Assembly: GCA_965644495.1 (NCBI GenBank)
Contig: CBFFSA010000010.1
Location: 372,001-436,000, forward strand
Direction of reading: 5' to 3'
From: Perkinsela sp. CCAP 1560/9
Lineage: Eukaryota > Protista > Euglenozoa: Kinetoplastea
DNA: 64,000 bases
Shown here: one piece after another, positions 44,673 to 56,764 of the stretch
How positions within the stretch are numbered: position 1 is the first letter of the stretch
Layout of the letters: every line of letters starts with the position of its first letter
Translations under genes and position numbers: made by a program
The notes under the pieces: generated by a model
Database searches by the model: none
What the model saw: only the letters and a program-made list of their open reading frames with translations
What the model was told of the DNA's origin: nothing

Positions 44673-45764
44673 ATGATTTCTGTTGATTTCTACGGCTACA
44701 TTTCAAGTCGCGCCATTCTTCGACTGAAGTCCACATTAGGATGTGACCCTGGGATTTCTCGACCAAAGAAGGTCCATGGGTCTTGTATGCCACAAGAATA
44801 TGATCTGGCACGACTCGTCGCAAATATTTCGAATCCTCACCACACATGGACCGTAGAAAACAGTGCGAAATCGTGGCATAAGGTTGCGGTGCGTATGAAT
44901 GGCGACGTTTATGAGATCAACTGGTGCGACATGGGTCTACGTGGGAGTCTAAATTTCGCACTACTTCCGCGTACAACAGAATTTCTATCGCTCGGAAAAA
45001 ATTTTCTTTCTGGAAGAATCAACATTGAACTTGACGCAGACAAACTGCGGGATCTACGTTTGCCGGAGAATCAACTAGAAGGTCCATTATTTTTGGGTGA
45101 TCTTCCTCGCGCAGTGGTACGACTTTGGGTCCACAAGAATCGCTGCACCGGACCATTGGATTTGACCGCATTACCGCCGACCATTCGCACTGTGTATTTG
45201 CATGACAATGACTTCTCTGGAGTCGTGAGCTTTGAAGGTCTTCCCTATACTATTATCGATTTAGCGCTCGACAACAACCGTTTGGAGGGAAATCTCCAGT
45301 TAGGCACCCTTCCTAGATCGCTCACCCAATTATCGTTGTACAACAACACGTTTTCCGGGACTCTGGATTTTTCCCAACTGCCCCCCCTCATACGACAAGT
45401 TGCGCTTGCGAGAAACCATTTCGATGGCGATGTGGAGCTCTTTATGGTGCCAAAGTCCACGTACTTCGTTTCCCTGTTTCTCAACCGTGTGACGGTCTAT
45501 CTGGATGCCGCGTCTCGACAGCTGGACCAGCTTTGTCTCTACGACCCTCCCAGGAAAAATTTTCGTCTGCGATACCTTCCCGCTCGCTGGACGAAATGGG
45601 ACACGTCCGCCAATGTCTGGTATTCTTATGGCGGGAGGGCTCCTGGATCCGATTTGAATCCGGTTGAGAGGCAAAGCTCAAAGGATCCGAAACTCTCGTG
45701 GTGGACGCAACTGGAGGAACATAAGTGGGTGGAGTTTCAGCCGAGTGGCAATATGATACTGTAA
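44673..45764 (+). CDS. LRR protein, 363 aa, long subfamily with Trp-rich C-terminal domain
   Basis: RPKKVHGSCMPQEYDL N-cap, about 8 LRRs, C-terminal PARWTKWD...WW..LE...W. Confidence 0.92.
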   Translation: MISVDFYGYISSRAILRLKSTLGCDPGISRPKKVHGSCMPQEYDLARLVANISNPHHTWTVENSAKSWHKVAVRMNGDVYEINWCDMGLRGSLNFALLPRTTEFLSLGKNFLSGRINIELDADKLRDLRLPENQLEGPLFLGDLPRAVVRLWVHKNRCTGPLDLTALPPTIRTVYLHDNDFSGVVSFEGLPYTIIDLALDNNRLEGNLQLGTLPRSLTQLSLYNNTFSGTLDFSQLPPLIRQVALARNHFDGDVELFMVPKSTYFVSLFLNRVTVYLDAASRQLDQLCLYDPPRKNFRLRYLPARWTKWDTSANVWYSYGGRAPGSDLNPVERQSSKDPKLSWWTQLEEHKWVEFQPSGNMIL

Positions 45765-45892
45765 ATGTGGGAATTAATAGGATAACGCTACGATGTTGCG
45801 TACACACATTATTGCAGTGGTTGTATAAAGACCGCTCTACCCTCGATTCGAAAGCATACGAAAAGAGTGAAAAAATAAAGACAAATGCATTA

Positions 45893-46205
45893 CCGTATAC
45901 CCCCCCAGTAATAGAATCGATATTGGACCCAATCCTTGTTAGTTATCCAAATCCTTGTTACTGGGGGGTATGCTTTTTTGGTGGGAAAATACCTTTTTTG
46001 TTCATGGATGCGCTGATTTTCTTCCCAGACAACCCCGCAACTACGCCATTCGCTCCCGCGCAACCACCCTCACCCCGCCCAAACACCCCCTCCCCCCTCC
46101 AAACATCCTCCCGAGCCAAATCTCTGTTACTGGGGGTCAGCCCAAAAACGTCCAAATCTCTGTTACTGGGGGTCTATTACTGGGGGGTTACTGGGGGGTA
46201 TTTGC
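45893..46205. mobile_element. MITE with ttactgggg subterminal repeats
   Basis: ta|ccgtatacccccccagtaa left end and repeated ccaaatctctgttactggggg; related to 48575-48944. Confidence 0.65.
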
Positions 46206-46260
46206 CCCTGTGATTTGTTGACACCACCATGTGATTTCCTATACTCCACCTTTTACTTCC

Positions 46261-47355
46261 ATGTTTCGTTTCCCCATAGCCGAGCTCGGCATAACACCTC
46301 CTCATGTACCACGCGTGTTAGGTTGCGATCGACCGATTACCCGTCCCTCCAAAGTACACAAATCGGTCCTAGCCCCCGAATACAACCTCGCTCGCCTTGT
46401 GGCCAACCTCTCCAACCCGGATCCCACATGGACGGTTCACACGCCCCCTCGAGGGTGGGTCAGAGTAACCGTGCAAGAGGGCAGTGGGGAGATTCACGAA
46501 CTACGATGGAACGAGATGGGCCTGCGGGGGAGCCTAAATTTTGTATTTCTCCCCTATACGTTACGGAAGGCGTTTCTTGATAAGAACCATCTTACAGGGC
46601 AGGTCACTATTGGGCGTGTGTACGAGAACTTGCATGATCTCCGCGTGAGTTACAACCGCCTGGACGGCCCGATAGCGTTTGAGGAACTCCCACGTGGTAT
46701 GGTTCGCTTCTGGGGGCATAATAACGCTTTCTCGGGAGGCGTCGACTTGTCCGTCCTGCCCCCAATCATCAGGATTCTTTATTTGAGTGAAAATGATTTC
46801 TCAGGGGTGGTTTCGTTTGATTCACTGCCACCTGCAATTGAAGACCTCGCGCTGGATTGTAACCGATTGGAGGGATGGTTAGATTTTCGAACACTTCCAC
46901 GCTGCCTCACATCATTGTCGCTGTATAACAATTCTTTCACTGGGCGGATGGACTTTTCACAGGTGCCTCCATCCATGCGACAGCTCGCGCTCGCCCAAAA
47001 CAAGTTCGAAGGAGATGCAGATATTTCGCATCTCCCCAACTCGGTGTATTTTGTTTCTCTTTTCGATAACGATGTGATGGTTTACATTGACGATAGATGC
47101 ACGCCTCAGGAGCTTAGTAAAATTTGCGTAGAAGCGCCTCCGAAAAAGAGTGTAATTCTGAATGAGATCCCTGCGAGGCTCGCAAAGTGGGACACCTTTT
47201 CGAATGTGTGGTACGTGTACTACGGAACGGTACCACAAGTATTTTGTGGGGGGTCCAAGAAGAGTATCCTCTCGGCGAGGAGTGAATCAAAACCGGAATG
47301 GTGGAAAACGCTTGAAGAGAACCAATGGTACGTCCACGAACCCACACGTCATTAA
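46261..47355 (+). CDS. LRR protein, long subfamily
   Basis: Paralog of 44673; first ATG at 46261 (the ORF track starts at a non-ATG codon, 46231). Confidence 0.92.
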   Translation: MFRFPIAELGITPPHVPRVLGCDRPITRPSKVHKSVLAPEYNLARLVANLSNPDPTWTVHTPPRGWVRVTVQEGSGEIHELRWNEMGLRGSLNFVFLPYTLRKAFLDKNHLTGQVTIGRVYENLHDLRVSYNRLDGPIAFEELPRGMVRFWGHNNAFSGGVDLSVLPPIIRILYLSENDFSGVVSFDSLPPAIEDLALDCNRLEGWLDFRTLPRCLTSLSLYNNSFTGRMDFSQVPPSMRQLALAQNKFEGDADISHLPNSVYFVSLFDNDVMVYIDDRCTPQELSKICVEAPPKKSVILNEIPARLAKWDTFSNVWYVYYGTVPQVFCGGSKKSILSARSESKPEWWKTLEENQWYVHEPTRH

Positions 47356-47527
47356 TAAGGAAGTGAAAGAGGAAAAGACTGCTGGGTTCTATTCACCTTA
47401 CCTTTAACCGGAAAACATAGTCCCTTAGACTATAAAATGGAAATGTTAAAAAACGGTCACAGAGTTTCCATTTAATATCACGTTTCAAACCCCAAACCAG
47501 ACCTTTTCCTATATAAATCATTTTTTT

Positions 47528-48247
47528 ATGGATTCCGGAATGTCTGTTCGTGCCGCCAGAGTACGCGGCAATCTCCCTCCTCAAGAACTTCAACTCACCA
47601 AGTGGATAGCGGACGTAACCCAGCGAGCTGCGGATAATTACCCAAATCAGCAGAAATATCCAACATGGAACGTGCGTCACCGTGCATGCCAGTGGGAAGG
47701 CATCGTGTGTAATGAATCCGAGCAAGTAACCGAAATTAAGTGGTCTCATCGAGGGATTTCTGGATTTCTGAAATGGGAGTTCTTACCACATACTTTGGTG
47801 GAACTGCATTTGTTGAACAACTATTTAGGTGGCGATATACTGAGTCGCTCTTTCCCAAACGGGTTGGAGGTTCTGGATCTCAGCTTTAACTTTTTTAACC
47901 ACCATTTTGATTTGACGCTCCTTCCCACTGCCTTGAAGACACTTCGGTTGTCACACAATGAGTTTTCAGGAAAAGCGCTCCTTACATGTTTACCCCAAAA
48001 CCTAGAGCGCGTCCACCTAGACCGAAACCGTTTTAAGGAAACGCCCGATTTAACGTGCCTTCCCCCCATGCTTCGCTATCTCTCCTTGGCCGAGAATAAG
48101 TTTTCCGGCTACGTACGACTGGACGCCTTGCCAAACGAATTGATTGTTCTTGATTTATCCGGTAACCCAGAAGTTCACGTCCAGGACGACAAGTTTCAGA
48201 TCATAGACTGTAATGTTGTTCCACTGGCGAAAAAATACTTCTCATAA
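47528..48247 (+). CDS. LRR-only protein, 239 aa
   Basis: N-cap ACQWEGIVC and 6 LRRs; paralog of 53930. Confidence 0.92.
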   Translation: MDSGMSVRAARVRGNLPPQELQLTKWIADVTQRAADNYPNQQKYPTWNVRHRACQWEGIVCNESEQVTEIKWSHRGISGFLKWEFLPHTLVELHLLNNYLGGDILSRSFPNGLEVLDLSFNFFNHHFDLTLLPTALKTLRLSHNEFSGKALLTCLPQNLERVHLDRNRFKETPDLTCLPPMLRYLSLAENKFSGYVRLDALPNELIVLDLSGNPEVHVQDDKFQIIDCNVVPLAKKYFS

Positions 48248-48574
48248 TGATATGGGATTGCCGTTAACCCCCATAGATATCCGGCACTACGTCCCCAAAA
48301 AAGGCACTGTGAGGCCTCTTTCTGCGTTGGAATGCTAAAAAAGAAAAGGCGTATTTTTCTGTCGATTGGTGTTTTGTTGTCGATTGTAACGGAGAACGAT
48401 ATCCTCTTTGAATTTCAGTATCCCGAGATCTTCGGGATTCCTCCATCGCGTAAGGCAATTTTTTATAACTTGGAGCAAGATAAGTTTCGTATACTATAGT
48501 AGTCTAACAACTTCAAAGCATGCAGTGTCCCGATACGATCAACCTTCGCAGCTACATGATTATTCATGTCATAC

Positions 48575-48944
48575 CCACCCCCTAGTACCCCTATACCCAC
48601 CCCCAGTACGAGAATGGATTTTGATCAAAATGGCCAAATCTCTCTTACTGGGGGGTGTTCTTTTTTGGCCAGTTATATCTTCTCCTCCAACTTTTGTTTC
48701 TATTTTTGCTTCTGAAAAACTTTGCTTTTGCTTCTGAAAAACACCTTCTGAAAACGTGTTAAAACGCTTAGTTGGGTTACCCCCGAGGCCCACGACATGC
48801 GGACACTCACCCCCTACGTCCTATACACCGTGTGTACGCCTCCAGTGGGGTTCCCGATCCAAATCTCTCTTACTGGGGGTCAGCCCAAAAAGGGCCAAAT
48901 CTCTCTTACTGGAGGGGGGGTACCTTACTGCGGGGGGTATACGG
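48575..48944. mobile_element. MITE related to 45893-46205
   Basis: ccaaatctctcttactggggg repeats; right end ttactgcggggggtatacgg|ta. Confidence 0.65.
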
Positions 48945-49972
48945 TAGGATCGTTATCGATAGTATCGTTATCGATGATTCGGATCGTTATGGGAGCCTGG
49001 TAGTGAGTCTCACGATTGCTCTTCGTCCTCATAATAGTCCATCTTGTTGTTTCATATTTGTGACACAGCTGAGTTACGCTTAGAGGGGAGCGGCAAATCT
49101 CCAAGCGATCTTGCATTGTGGGGGGATGGGTAGCAGGACCTCTAGGAATTCGTGGTTGAATCAGTGATTTCCCTTGGAGACGAGGGTTCTGCTAGATTGG
49201 ATGAGCTTTGACTTCGTACAACGACTTCATCAACCCTCGGCAATGGACGCTGAAAGGTTATCCATGAATCAAGGGTGGGCATTGTTCAAAAAAGAAAGAG
49301 AGAAATCGATTCTACAAAATGTAAAGCTAAGTGAAGATGAAAATAATTAATTATGATACAAGCTTCAATAAAGATAAAATACACAATAAGTCAATCAGCG
49401 CACGAGAAAATAGTCAAAATCTATCGAGAAGCGCGGAGGCTTTTCGAAAATTCGCGGCGCCCATGTCTGCGCTTTGACAGCGAAAAACTCGTTTCCAAAA
49501 TATGCTCTTAAACTGGGGGGGACTGACCCAGTGCGCTTAATTGAGGGGACAGGAGTAAAATATTTTGGAAAACTCACCTTTTTCATCGATACCGGTATTA
49601 GGGTTAAAATAAAATTTGTAGGGCCTATATTACTCGATCGCGTTCTTCATGATCTATTAAAGAGGATTCTTTTATCAGCATCCTATCAGCATACTGTGAC
49701 CCCCCTTTACTATGCGCCCCTCTCCCTCCCCCCTTTAATATGTACAAAATTAGAGCAGGTTTGTAAAGTAAAGCCCTTAGGGTAATTTTGCTTTTCGGTG
49801 TGATTTTTGAGTTTTTTGCCCTGGGGGGCGGGGGGTGTGATATCGCCCATAGCGTGATAGTGAGATCTCGAGAATTTCTGATATTACTGCGGTGGTATAG
49901 CTTGTAGTAGTAATTAAGTAGTTAGTACTTAGTAGTGCTAAGTAAGTAGTTAAGTAATCGTATTCCTGTGAC

Positions 49973-51061
49973 ATGATACCGGTCAAGATGAAAATGTTCG
50001 GCAACAATTTCAAATTACCACTCTTTTCTGCTTCGGAGAGATCCACTAATCGGCCGTGCAAGGTGCACAAGTCGGTCATGCCACCCGAATATAATCTTGC
50101 AAGACTCGTGGCCAACGTTTCTAACCCTGATCCCTCGTGGATTGTGGAGCGAACTGCAATGCACTGGATCGGAATTAGTGTAAACTCAAATCGTGATGTC
50201 TTTGAAATTCTATGGCATGAAATGGGGCTTCAAGGACGCCTCAACTTTTTATTTATCCCCAGCACCGTAGAAAAATGCTTTGTTCATAAAAACAACCTCA
50301 GCGGCCGGGTCGAGCTTGGACGAATGGATATGCTAAACGATCTTCGTGTAGGCTGGAATCAACTCAGTGGTTCCTTTCCTCTTAATGATCTTCCCGCAGT
50401 ATTGACACGACTTTGGGGCCATAGTAACCATTTTACCGGGGGGCTAGATGTGACCGCCTTACCCTCACAGATCCAGATTCTATATTTGTATGAAAACGCT
50501 TTTTCAGGTCCTGTGTGCTTTACATCGTTGCCTGCATCCATTGTAGCATTGGCCCTTGACTGCAACCGCTTGGAAGGTTCGGTCGAGGTAAGTCACCTCC
50601 CACCTTCGCTAAAATCCCTCTCCTTGTATAACAACTCTTTCACGGGATCGCTCGATTTTTCAAGGCTGTCGCGTTCCCTGAATGGGCTTGCACTGGCTGA
50701 CAATAAATTTGTTGGCGAAATTGACATTTCAATATTGCCCGATTCCATGAAATTTGTCTCTTTTTTTAAGAACGACCTTACCGCGTACATAGATATGCAT
50801 CGAAAACCCCATAAGTTATCCGCACTTTGTGTTTCAAACCCTCCTCGGATGAAAACTGATTTGAGTGCTATTCCAACTCGGTTTGCGAAATATGACGCAA
50901 CTTCTGGTGATTGGTTCGCCTATAACGGATCAGTGCCTGAGTCCCTTCAGAAGAGCATCGAAACGATGGAAGAAGCGAAGCAACTTGTGGACTCCACGTG
51001 GTGGAATGCGCTTGACCAGGATGGGTGGCACTTCATCTCCTTAGGGAAATATGAAGGATAA
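49973..51061 (+). CDS. LRR protein, 362 aa, long subfamily
   Basis: N-cap, about 8 LRRs and C-terminal domain; close paralog of 58345. Confidence 0.92.
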   Translation: MIPVKMKMFGNNFKLPLFSASERSTNRPCKVHKSVMPPEYNLARLVANVSNPDPSWIVERTAMHWIGISVNSNRDVFEILWHEMGLQGRLNFLFIPSTVEKCFVHKNNLSGRVELGRMDMLNDLRVGWNQLSGSFPLNDLPAVLTRLWGHSNHFTGGLDVTALPSQIQILYLYENAFSGPVCFTSLPASIVALALDCNRLEGSVEVSHLPPSLKSLSLYNNSFTGSLDFSRLSRSLNGLALADNKFVGEIDISILPDSMKFVSFFKNDLTAYIDMHRKPHKLSALCVSNPPRMKTDLSAIPTRFAKYDATSGDWFAYNGSVPESLQKSIETMEEAKQLVDSTWWNALDQDGWHFISLGKYEG

Positions 51062-52260
51062 GATTGTATCTTAAAATAGGAGAAGAATAAATACGGAATA
51101 CGAATTTTAGACCCCCCCACCTTTAGATTCGCACCCCTGTACATGTATAATTGTCACCTCCCCTCCCCTACTCACATACGACAAATACTTATGTATTTGT
51201 CAGTTCTGGGAAAAGAGGTTTCAGTCTGAGAAAACAGGCGCTGCTGGTCGAATGAATAGTATTATTGTGTGTGTCGTGATTCTTCCACAGCCTTTTGTAC
51301 CTCTTTCCGTACCATGTTGTGTCACAGGGTATACCGTCGCAGGTATATGTCTTGCTCTAATACCTCTGACATCCTCTTATCTATGGATGATTGACGACGT
51401 CTATTAAAGCACGGGAGGCACAAAATCTCAGGTTACATTGATTTTATCAAATAAAACTCTGCACACATCTCGTTTTTTTTCTGTGCACTTTCTAGGTGAA
51501 AGTCGGAATCAAACGAATTTAATTATAGTCTCCTAAAAAGAAGCACAATTATTCTCAACGCAAGGACTCAAAATCTCAGGTTAGATTTTTTTTTATGAAA
51601 GAAATCTCTGCGAACAGCATGTGCATTTTTCGGCGCACTTTTAAGACGAAAGCCCGAGTGAATTGCGGTCACATCCAGTGGAATTTTCCGCGCCATATCA
51701 GGAGCTCTTGCACTTCATTCGCTTAGTACTATTAATTTCACATGTCATCATCTTGGGATATAGTGTCTTGTATTTTGGTGCACAACGCGGTATCGGTTTG
51801 TTGTATCTTGAATTCTTCCAGCGTCAAACGTTGGCTCTGCAAGAAGTTTCCGAAAACAGCTACGAGAAGCAACTCGCTTGTAGATAGCATATCGTGGCTG
51901 ATTGCTTATGTAGTGAGTCCTCAAAGCGGCCATTGTCAACAGAAGCTGTCTGTTCTAAAGATTTAGTAGAAGAATCGCTCATATCACTATTTGTAAACCC
52001 AACAGGTCGTTTTAGACGACATCGAATGTCAATTTCTAGCCCAACAAAGCCAGGCTTCAGTTTTAAGTGAAGATCAGAGTGCAGAAAGTCTACGGAGTTA
52101 AATATGTGCTCACAAGCTGCTTAAGAAGTAACTGCAGTCGACAATTTTTGAGCAACGTGTGAAAGAACAGGAAACGTACATCAGGAAACGTATCTCTGGT
52201 CACCAGATCCTACCAAAATGATTGAAGACAGCTTACGTAGTTACAGTGGTTTCAATTGAA

Positions 52261-52877
52261 CTCCCACCCGCGGAAATTTGATTTTTTTTATTCGTTTTGG
52301 CTGATTTTTGTTGCAAACGAGAGATCTCGTTCCCCTGGTGAAGAGCTTTGCCGCCTTTTTTTCATAGGGACCCCCTGGTGCTCATATGGTGACCTGAAAA
52401 ACAGCCAAAACACGATTTTACTAGGTGATTTTAGGGGGGACAAATCTTCTTTTTCTTTCCACAAGTTAATAAATTTTCGTACTGTACGGCGGTCACGTCC
52501 AAAAGTTGACGCTAATTTGTGAATCGACACACCGTTTTCGTATTTTTTAATTATTTGCAGTCTATCAGACAGGGGGACAGAGAGCGTAGATTTATGAGAT
52601 ATCGGGGGGTTGTCTTCTCTTTTGTCGCTCCATCCCTCAACGTATTCACCTCGCTTGGGGTTGCTTGGTCTTGTTTTCATGATGAAAAAAACTAAAAAAA
52701 ATGGATGTGTTCCAGAAAAATGTCTTAAAAAAATCATGTTTTTTTGAGCGCAGGGGGTACCAGGGGGTCCCTACAAAAAAAGAGCGGCAAAGCCCTTCAC
52801 AAGAAGAACGAGATCTATCCAATGCTGCAAAAATGAGCGAAAACGGATTAAAAAAATCAATTTTCCGCGAGGGGGAG
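52261..52877 (-). mobile_element. Deleted Tc1-like element with ~120 bp imperfect TIRs
   Basis: 52261-52383 is inverted at ~52752-52877. Internal HTH SDRLQIIKKYENGVSIHKLASTFGRDRRTVRKFI. Confidence 0.8.
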
Positions 52878-53929
52878 ATATCTTGAAACCACTGTATAGT
52901 GAACTGTTTATAAACTGTGCAGTCACCCTCGGCCCCCGTAAAAGAACCTGCCTAGAAGGATTCCGTGCGTGCTGATTTATCACTATTGTGAACTTTACTT
53001 TCTTTTTCGGATGCACCGGCGAGTCAATCTGGTATGCTTTTTCAAGTAATTTATAATCTAGTTATCTGTCGCTACTTTTCGAGAAAAGGTGAGATAATTT
53101 TTGTCGAGAAAGGTGAGATAATATTTTGGCGCCATGCTGCGCAAGCGCGAGACCGTTGCCCCGAGCGCCACAAGCTCTCGACAAGGTCTCCCACCTCGCC
53201 TTTTCGTCGCGGATCATATAATTGTTGCTCCTCAAGGTAGCTTTCTATGTCTTGGGCAGCCTAGCCCAGAAAGTACACTTCACGTGGACGCACATCTAGT
53301 AGTAGATGTCCTCGGTGCTGCAGGAGAAGAACTGTGTAACAAAGGATAGAGGAACCAACAGGAACATTACCAATGCTCCTCTTTCTCTCAGAAAAAGATT
53401 ACAGGGCTCTGGTTACGCGTTCCATGATGCTTGCCACCTTCTCGGAAGGTTCTTCAGGAGAAATCTGGACTACTGGCTTGTCAAACACAGTTACGCGTTT
53501 CATGAAATAAGTTTCACAAATATGCCAAATATTTATCGTGCTCATAAACTTTGCACATGATATGCAATCATACACGTTATCACAGAACACAACGGACTTT
53601 ATTAAGTACATGCTATGAGTTTGTACATGAAATTTCAGACTTTTCATCACCTACGCAAGTCTGAAAAACAAACCGCTGTTTCGCGCTGTTTCAGAATAAT
53701 AAACCGCAGCCCCTCATGTATAATACATATCCTTCGAGACATATCTTTCTTTGTATACATATTTTTTGAATTAATAATTTTAATTCTCATATTTATTATG
53801 GGATAGTCGATTACAATCGACGGTAGGGCGGTAGTTATACAATCAGCGCAAATCTGAACTATCTAGAATCTTTCCCAAGTATTTAATACGGCCGTATATT
53901 ATATACTTTTCCTTCACTCAAGTTTTACC

Positions 53930-54649
53930 ATGGATTCCGGAATCTCTGTTCGCGCCGCCAGAGTGCGCGGCAACCTCCCACCTCAAGAACATCAACTCAC
54001 AAAGTGGATAGCGGACGTAACCCAGCGAGCTGCGGATAATTACCCAAATCAGCAGAAATATCCAACATGGAACGTGCGTCACCGTGCATGCCAGTGGGAA
54101 GGCATCTTGTGTAATGAATCTGAGCAAGTAACCGAAATTAAGTGGTCTCATCGAGGGATTTCTGGATTTCTAAAATGGGAGTTCTTGCCACACACTTTAG
54201 TGAAACTGAATTTGATGAGCAACAATTTAGGTGGAGTCATTCCGATTGAGAGGCTCCCAAGTAGTCTCGAAGTTCTGGATCTGAGTTTCAACAATTTTCA
54301 CCGTGGCATTGATTTGTCTTTGCTTTCGGCTGCCATGAATACGCTTACATTGTCGCATAATCAATTCTCTGGCGAAGCTCTCCTGACATGTTTACCTCAA
54401 AACATGGATAGTGTCTACCTAAGCAGAAACGCTTTTATTGGAACGCCCGATTTAACGTGCCTTCCCCCCATGCTTCGCTATCTCTCCTTGGCCAATAACG
54501 CGTTTTTCGGCTACGTACGACTGGACGCCTTGCCAAGTAAATTGATTGCTCTTGATTTATCCGGTAACCCAGAAGTTCACGTCCAGGACGATAAGTTTCA
54601 GATCATAGACTGTAATGTTGTTCCACTGGCGAAAAAGTACTTCTCATAA
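53930..54649 (+). CDS. LRR-only protein, 239 aa
   Basis: Paralog of 47528 with a divergent core. Confidence 0.92.
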   Translation: MDSGISVRAARVRGNLPPQEHQLTKWIADVTQRAADNYPNQQKYPTWNVRHRACQWEGILCNESEQVTEIKWSHRGISGFLKWEFLPHTLVKLNLMSNNLGGVIPIERLPSSLEVLDLSFNNFHRGIDLSLLSAAMNTLTLSHNQFSGEALLTCLPQNMDSVYLSRNAFIGTPDLTCLPPMLRYLSLANNAFFGYVRLDALPSKLIALDLSGNPEVHVQDDKFQIIDCNVVPLAKKYFS

Positions 54650-55104
54650 TTGACCCGCAGTCCTCCTGGCATAGTACGTTAATTTGTACCATATCTCGTG
54701 GTAGTTTGCGAGGATTTAAAATTATTGCGAAGGTATAAAGTTATTGTGAAGGAATAATAAACGGGTCTGATCTATCACCTAAACTGTTTAAACGTTATTT
54801 TTTTAGACTCTTCTTTGGGTGTTGTTGTTTTCAAATTGGAATTCACTTGGAATTGTACTACTAGAAAACCTAGAAATTGTACGACTAGGAGATGTAAATG
54901 CGGAAGCGATTATAGTAAGCATTGTCTCCGTCGATGAGTACTCACTGAACGGGGAGCCCATTCGGTGAGTAACGCCCCGTTCGATGAGACTCACGGAATG
55001 GGCTTCCCGTTCCGTGAGTAATTCATGGAATCGACGGTCGACCACAAAAAGAATGTTTAATGCCTTTCCAGGTGCGACAGTTGCGTCCTAGTTTACGTGT
55101 CTGG

Positions 55105-55507
55105 AGGTAAAGCCCAACTGTGAGCGTAGCCCACTTCAGGAGGCAAAAGCCCCTGTTTGTGAGCAAGGCCCAACTTTGAGCGAAACCCACTTCTGGAGGC
55201 AAAAGCCCCCGTTTGCGAGCAAGGCCCAACTGTGAGCGTAGCCCTGGGACATAATTATATTTTTTGGCGACCTGCGCGCTCCAGCGCGCGGGTCGCGCAC
55301 TGAGAACCTATGCCACTTCCACAAGATTGTGTATGTGCTTTCCTATGCTGCGACACCTAGTTTGCCTGTCTAGAGGCAAGGCCCAGCTGTGAGCGTAGCC
55401 CACTTATGGAGGCAAAAGCCCCCGTTTGCGAGCAAGGCTCACCTTTGAGCGAAGCCCACTTCTGGAGGCAAAAGCCCCCGTTTGCGAGCAAGGCCCAACT
55501 GTGAGCG
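55105..55507. repeat. ~56 bp tandem repeat in two blocks
   Basis: gagcgtagcccacttcaggaggcaaaagcccc(t/c)gtttg(t/c)gagcaaggcccaact(t/g)t, about 2.3 copies at 55105-55243 and again at ~55375-55507. Confidence 0.9.
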
Positions 55508-55519
55508 TCGTTGGAGAAG

Positions 55520-56289
55520 TCTCATGGATATTCCGCAAGGTGAAAATGCGTACACGTGGATGTTGAAGCATACCTTCTTTTATCACCCCATTTGTCCTGT
55601 GCACGGGCCCCATCATACATGTATGGTGGAGATTCCGCGGTCCCCGAACATTCTCGTCTGTACTTATCATGAGCCCGGAAATCGGAATCCCTGTTGAAAG
55701 AAAGCGGGAAAATGGGAGCCTTATACAATATATAAGCATGAGGATGCACTTAACACTTGGAAATTTGTTACTTGTGTGGGGGGACATAGCGAACAACACC
55801 TCCACTGGTCAGATATCTCGAAATCGCGACCTGGATCGCAAAGTTGTCCAAGGAATTTTACACTCGGTTGCTAACGCAGCACTCCGCAAGGAGCAAGTTG
55901 CTAAATACGAGTTTGGACGGGTTCAGGTGGATGAGACTTTTATAGGAAAGCGGAAATACAGGGGGGTGCACCAGGTGTGTCGACATTACGCCGTAAATCA
56001 CAGTAAGAAATTTGTAAGCGAAAAAGGGTACCATACGAATGGTGCCGAGAGCGTACACAATACAATCAAGTATTGGGTGCGCTTGCAGCACTACAACTTC
56101 GGGGCCACCACTTTCGAGTTGCGCCGCAACGTTGCGTTGCAATGCGTCAAGTATGGCGACACGCATGATGGCCGGGAGGTCTCATGGCAGAATCGCTTTG
56201 CCAATCTCTTGGAATGCATTCGTGATCATTTTACTTTCCCTCCCGAGGAGTCTGATGAAGTCAGCTCCGACAGTTGCGCGTCGGAGTAG
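55520..56289 (+). mobile_element. Merlin/IS1595-type transposase remnant
   Basis: VQVDETFIGKRKYRG ... VNHSKKFVSEKGYHTNGAESVH; central DDE segment deleted. Inverted ttcggtgagtaa / ttactcaccgaa at ~54961 and ~56555. Confidence 0.85.
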
Positions 56290-56764
56290 CGCGTCGTTAT
56301 CCTGAAAAAATCGACGAGTAGTATTGTGAATGGTGCAATTGTCCAATTACAATGGTCCAATTGTCCATTACAACAACAGCACCAGTACGAATACAGCGAT
56401 CTGCAATAAAGATTCAGTTTTTGTAGTTCAAGTCGATGGAATTCCATGATGCGCGTTTAATGCACGTTTTTTCCCCCAAATTGCAGTAAATTATTTTCCT
56501 CAAGCAACAGGACGCGCCGTTCGATGAGTACTCTTCAAACGGGACTTGCTACAAATTACTCACCGAACGCCCCCCCTCCCCGATATTCTTTCCATGAGAG
56601 CCTTTTTCCTCTCTATTTGAGACATTCTGTATTGTGTATAAATTATGGTCATTTAATGAATAAATTAATTGAATTTACTTTAGTGCTGCGAAAATGTATC
56701 ATTTTATGCTGTTTTTATGGTCTTATGCATTTTCAAAGAAAGTCCTCTTTTAACAACATGACAC

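Noticed and set aside
47528-54649. Diversity-generating retroelement (TR/VR pair)
   Set aside because: Differences are not confined to adenines, both copies are full genes, and the nearby RTs are non-LTR type.
55105-55507. CRISPR array
   Set aside because: Contiguous tandem repeats without unique spacers, no cas genes, eukaryotic context.
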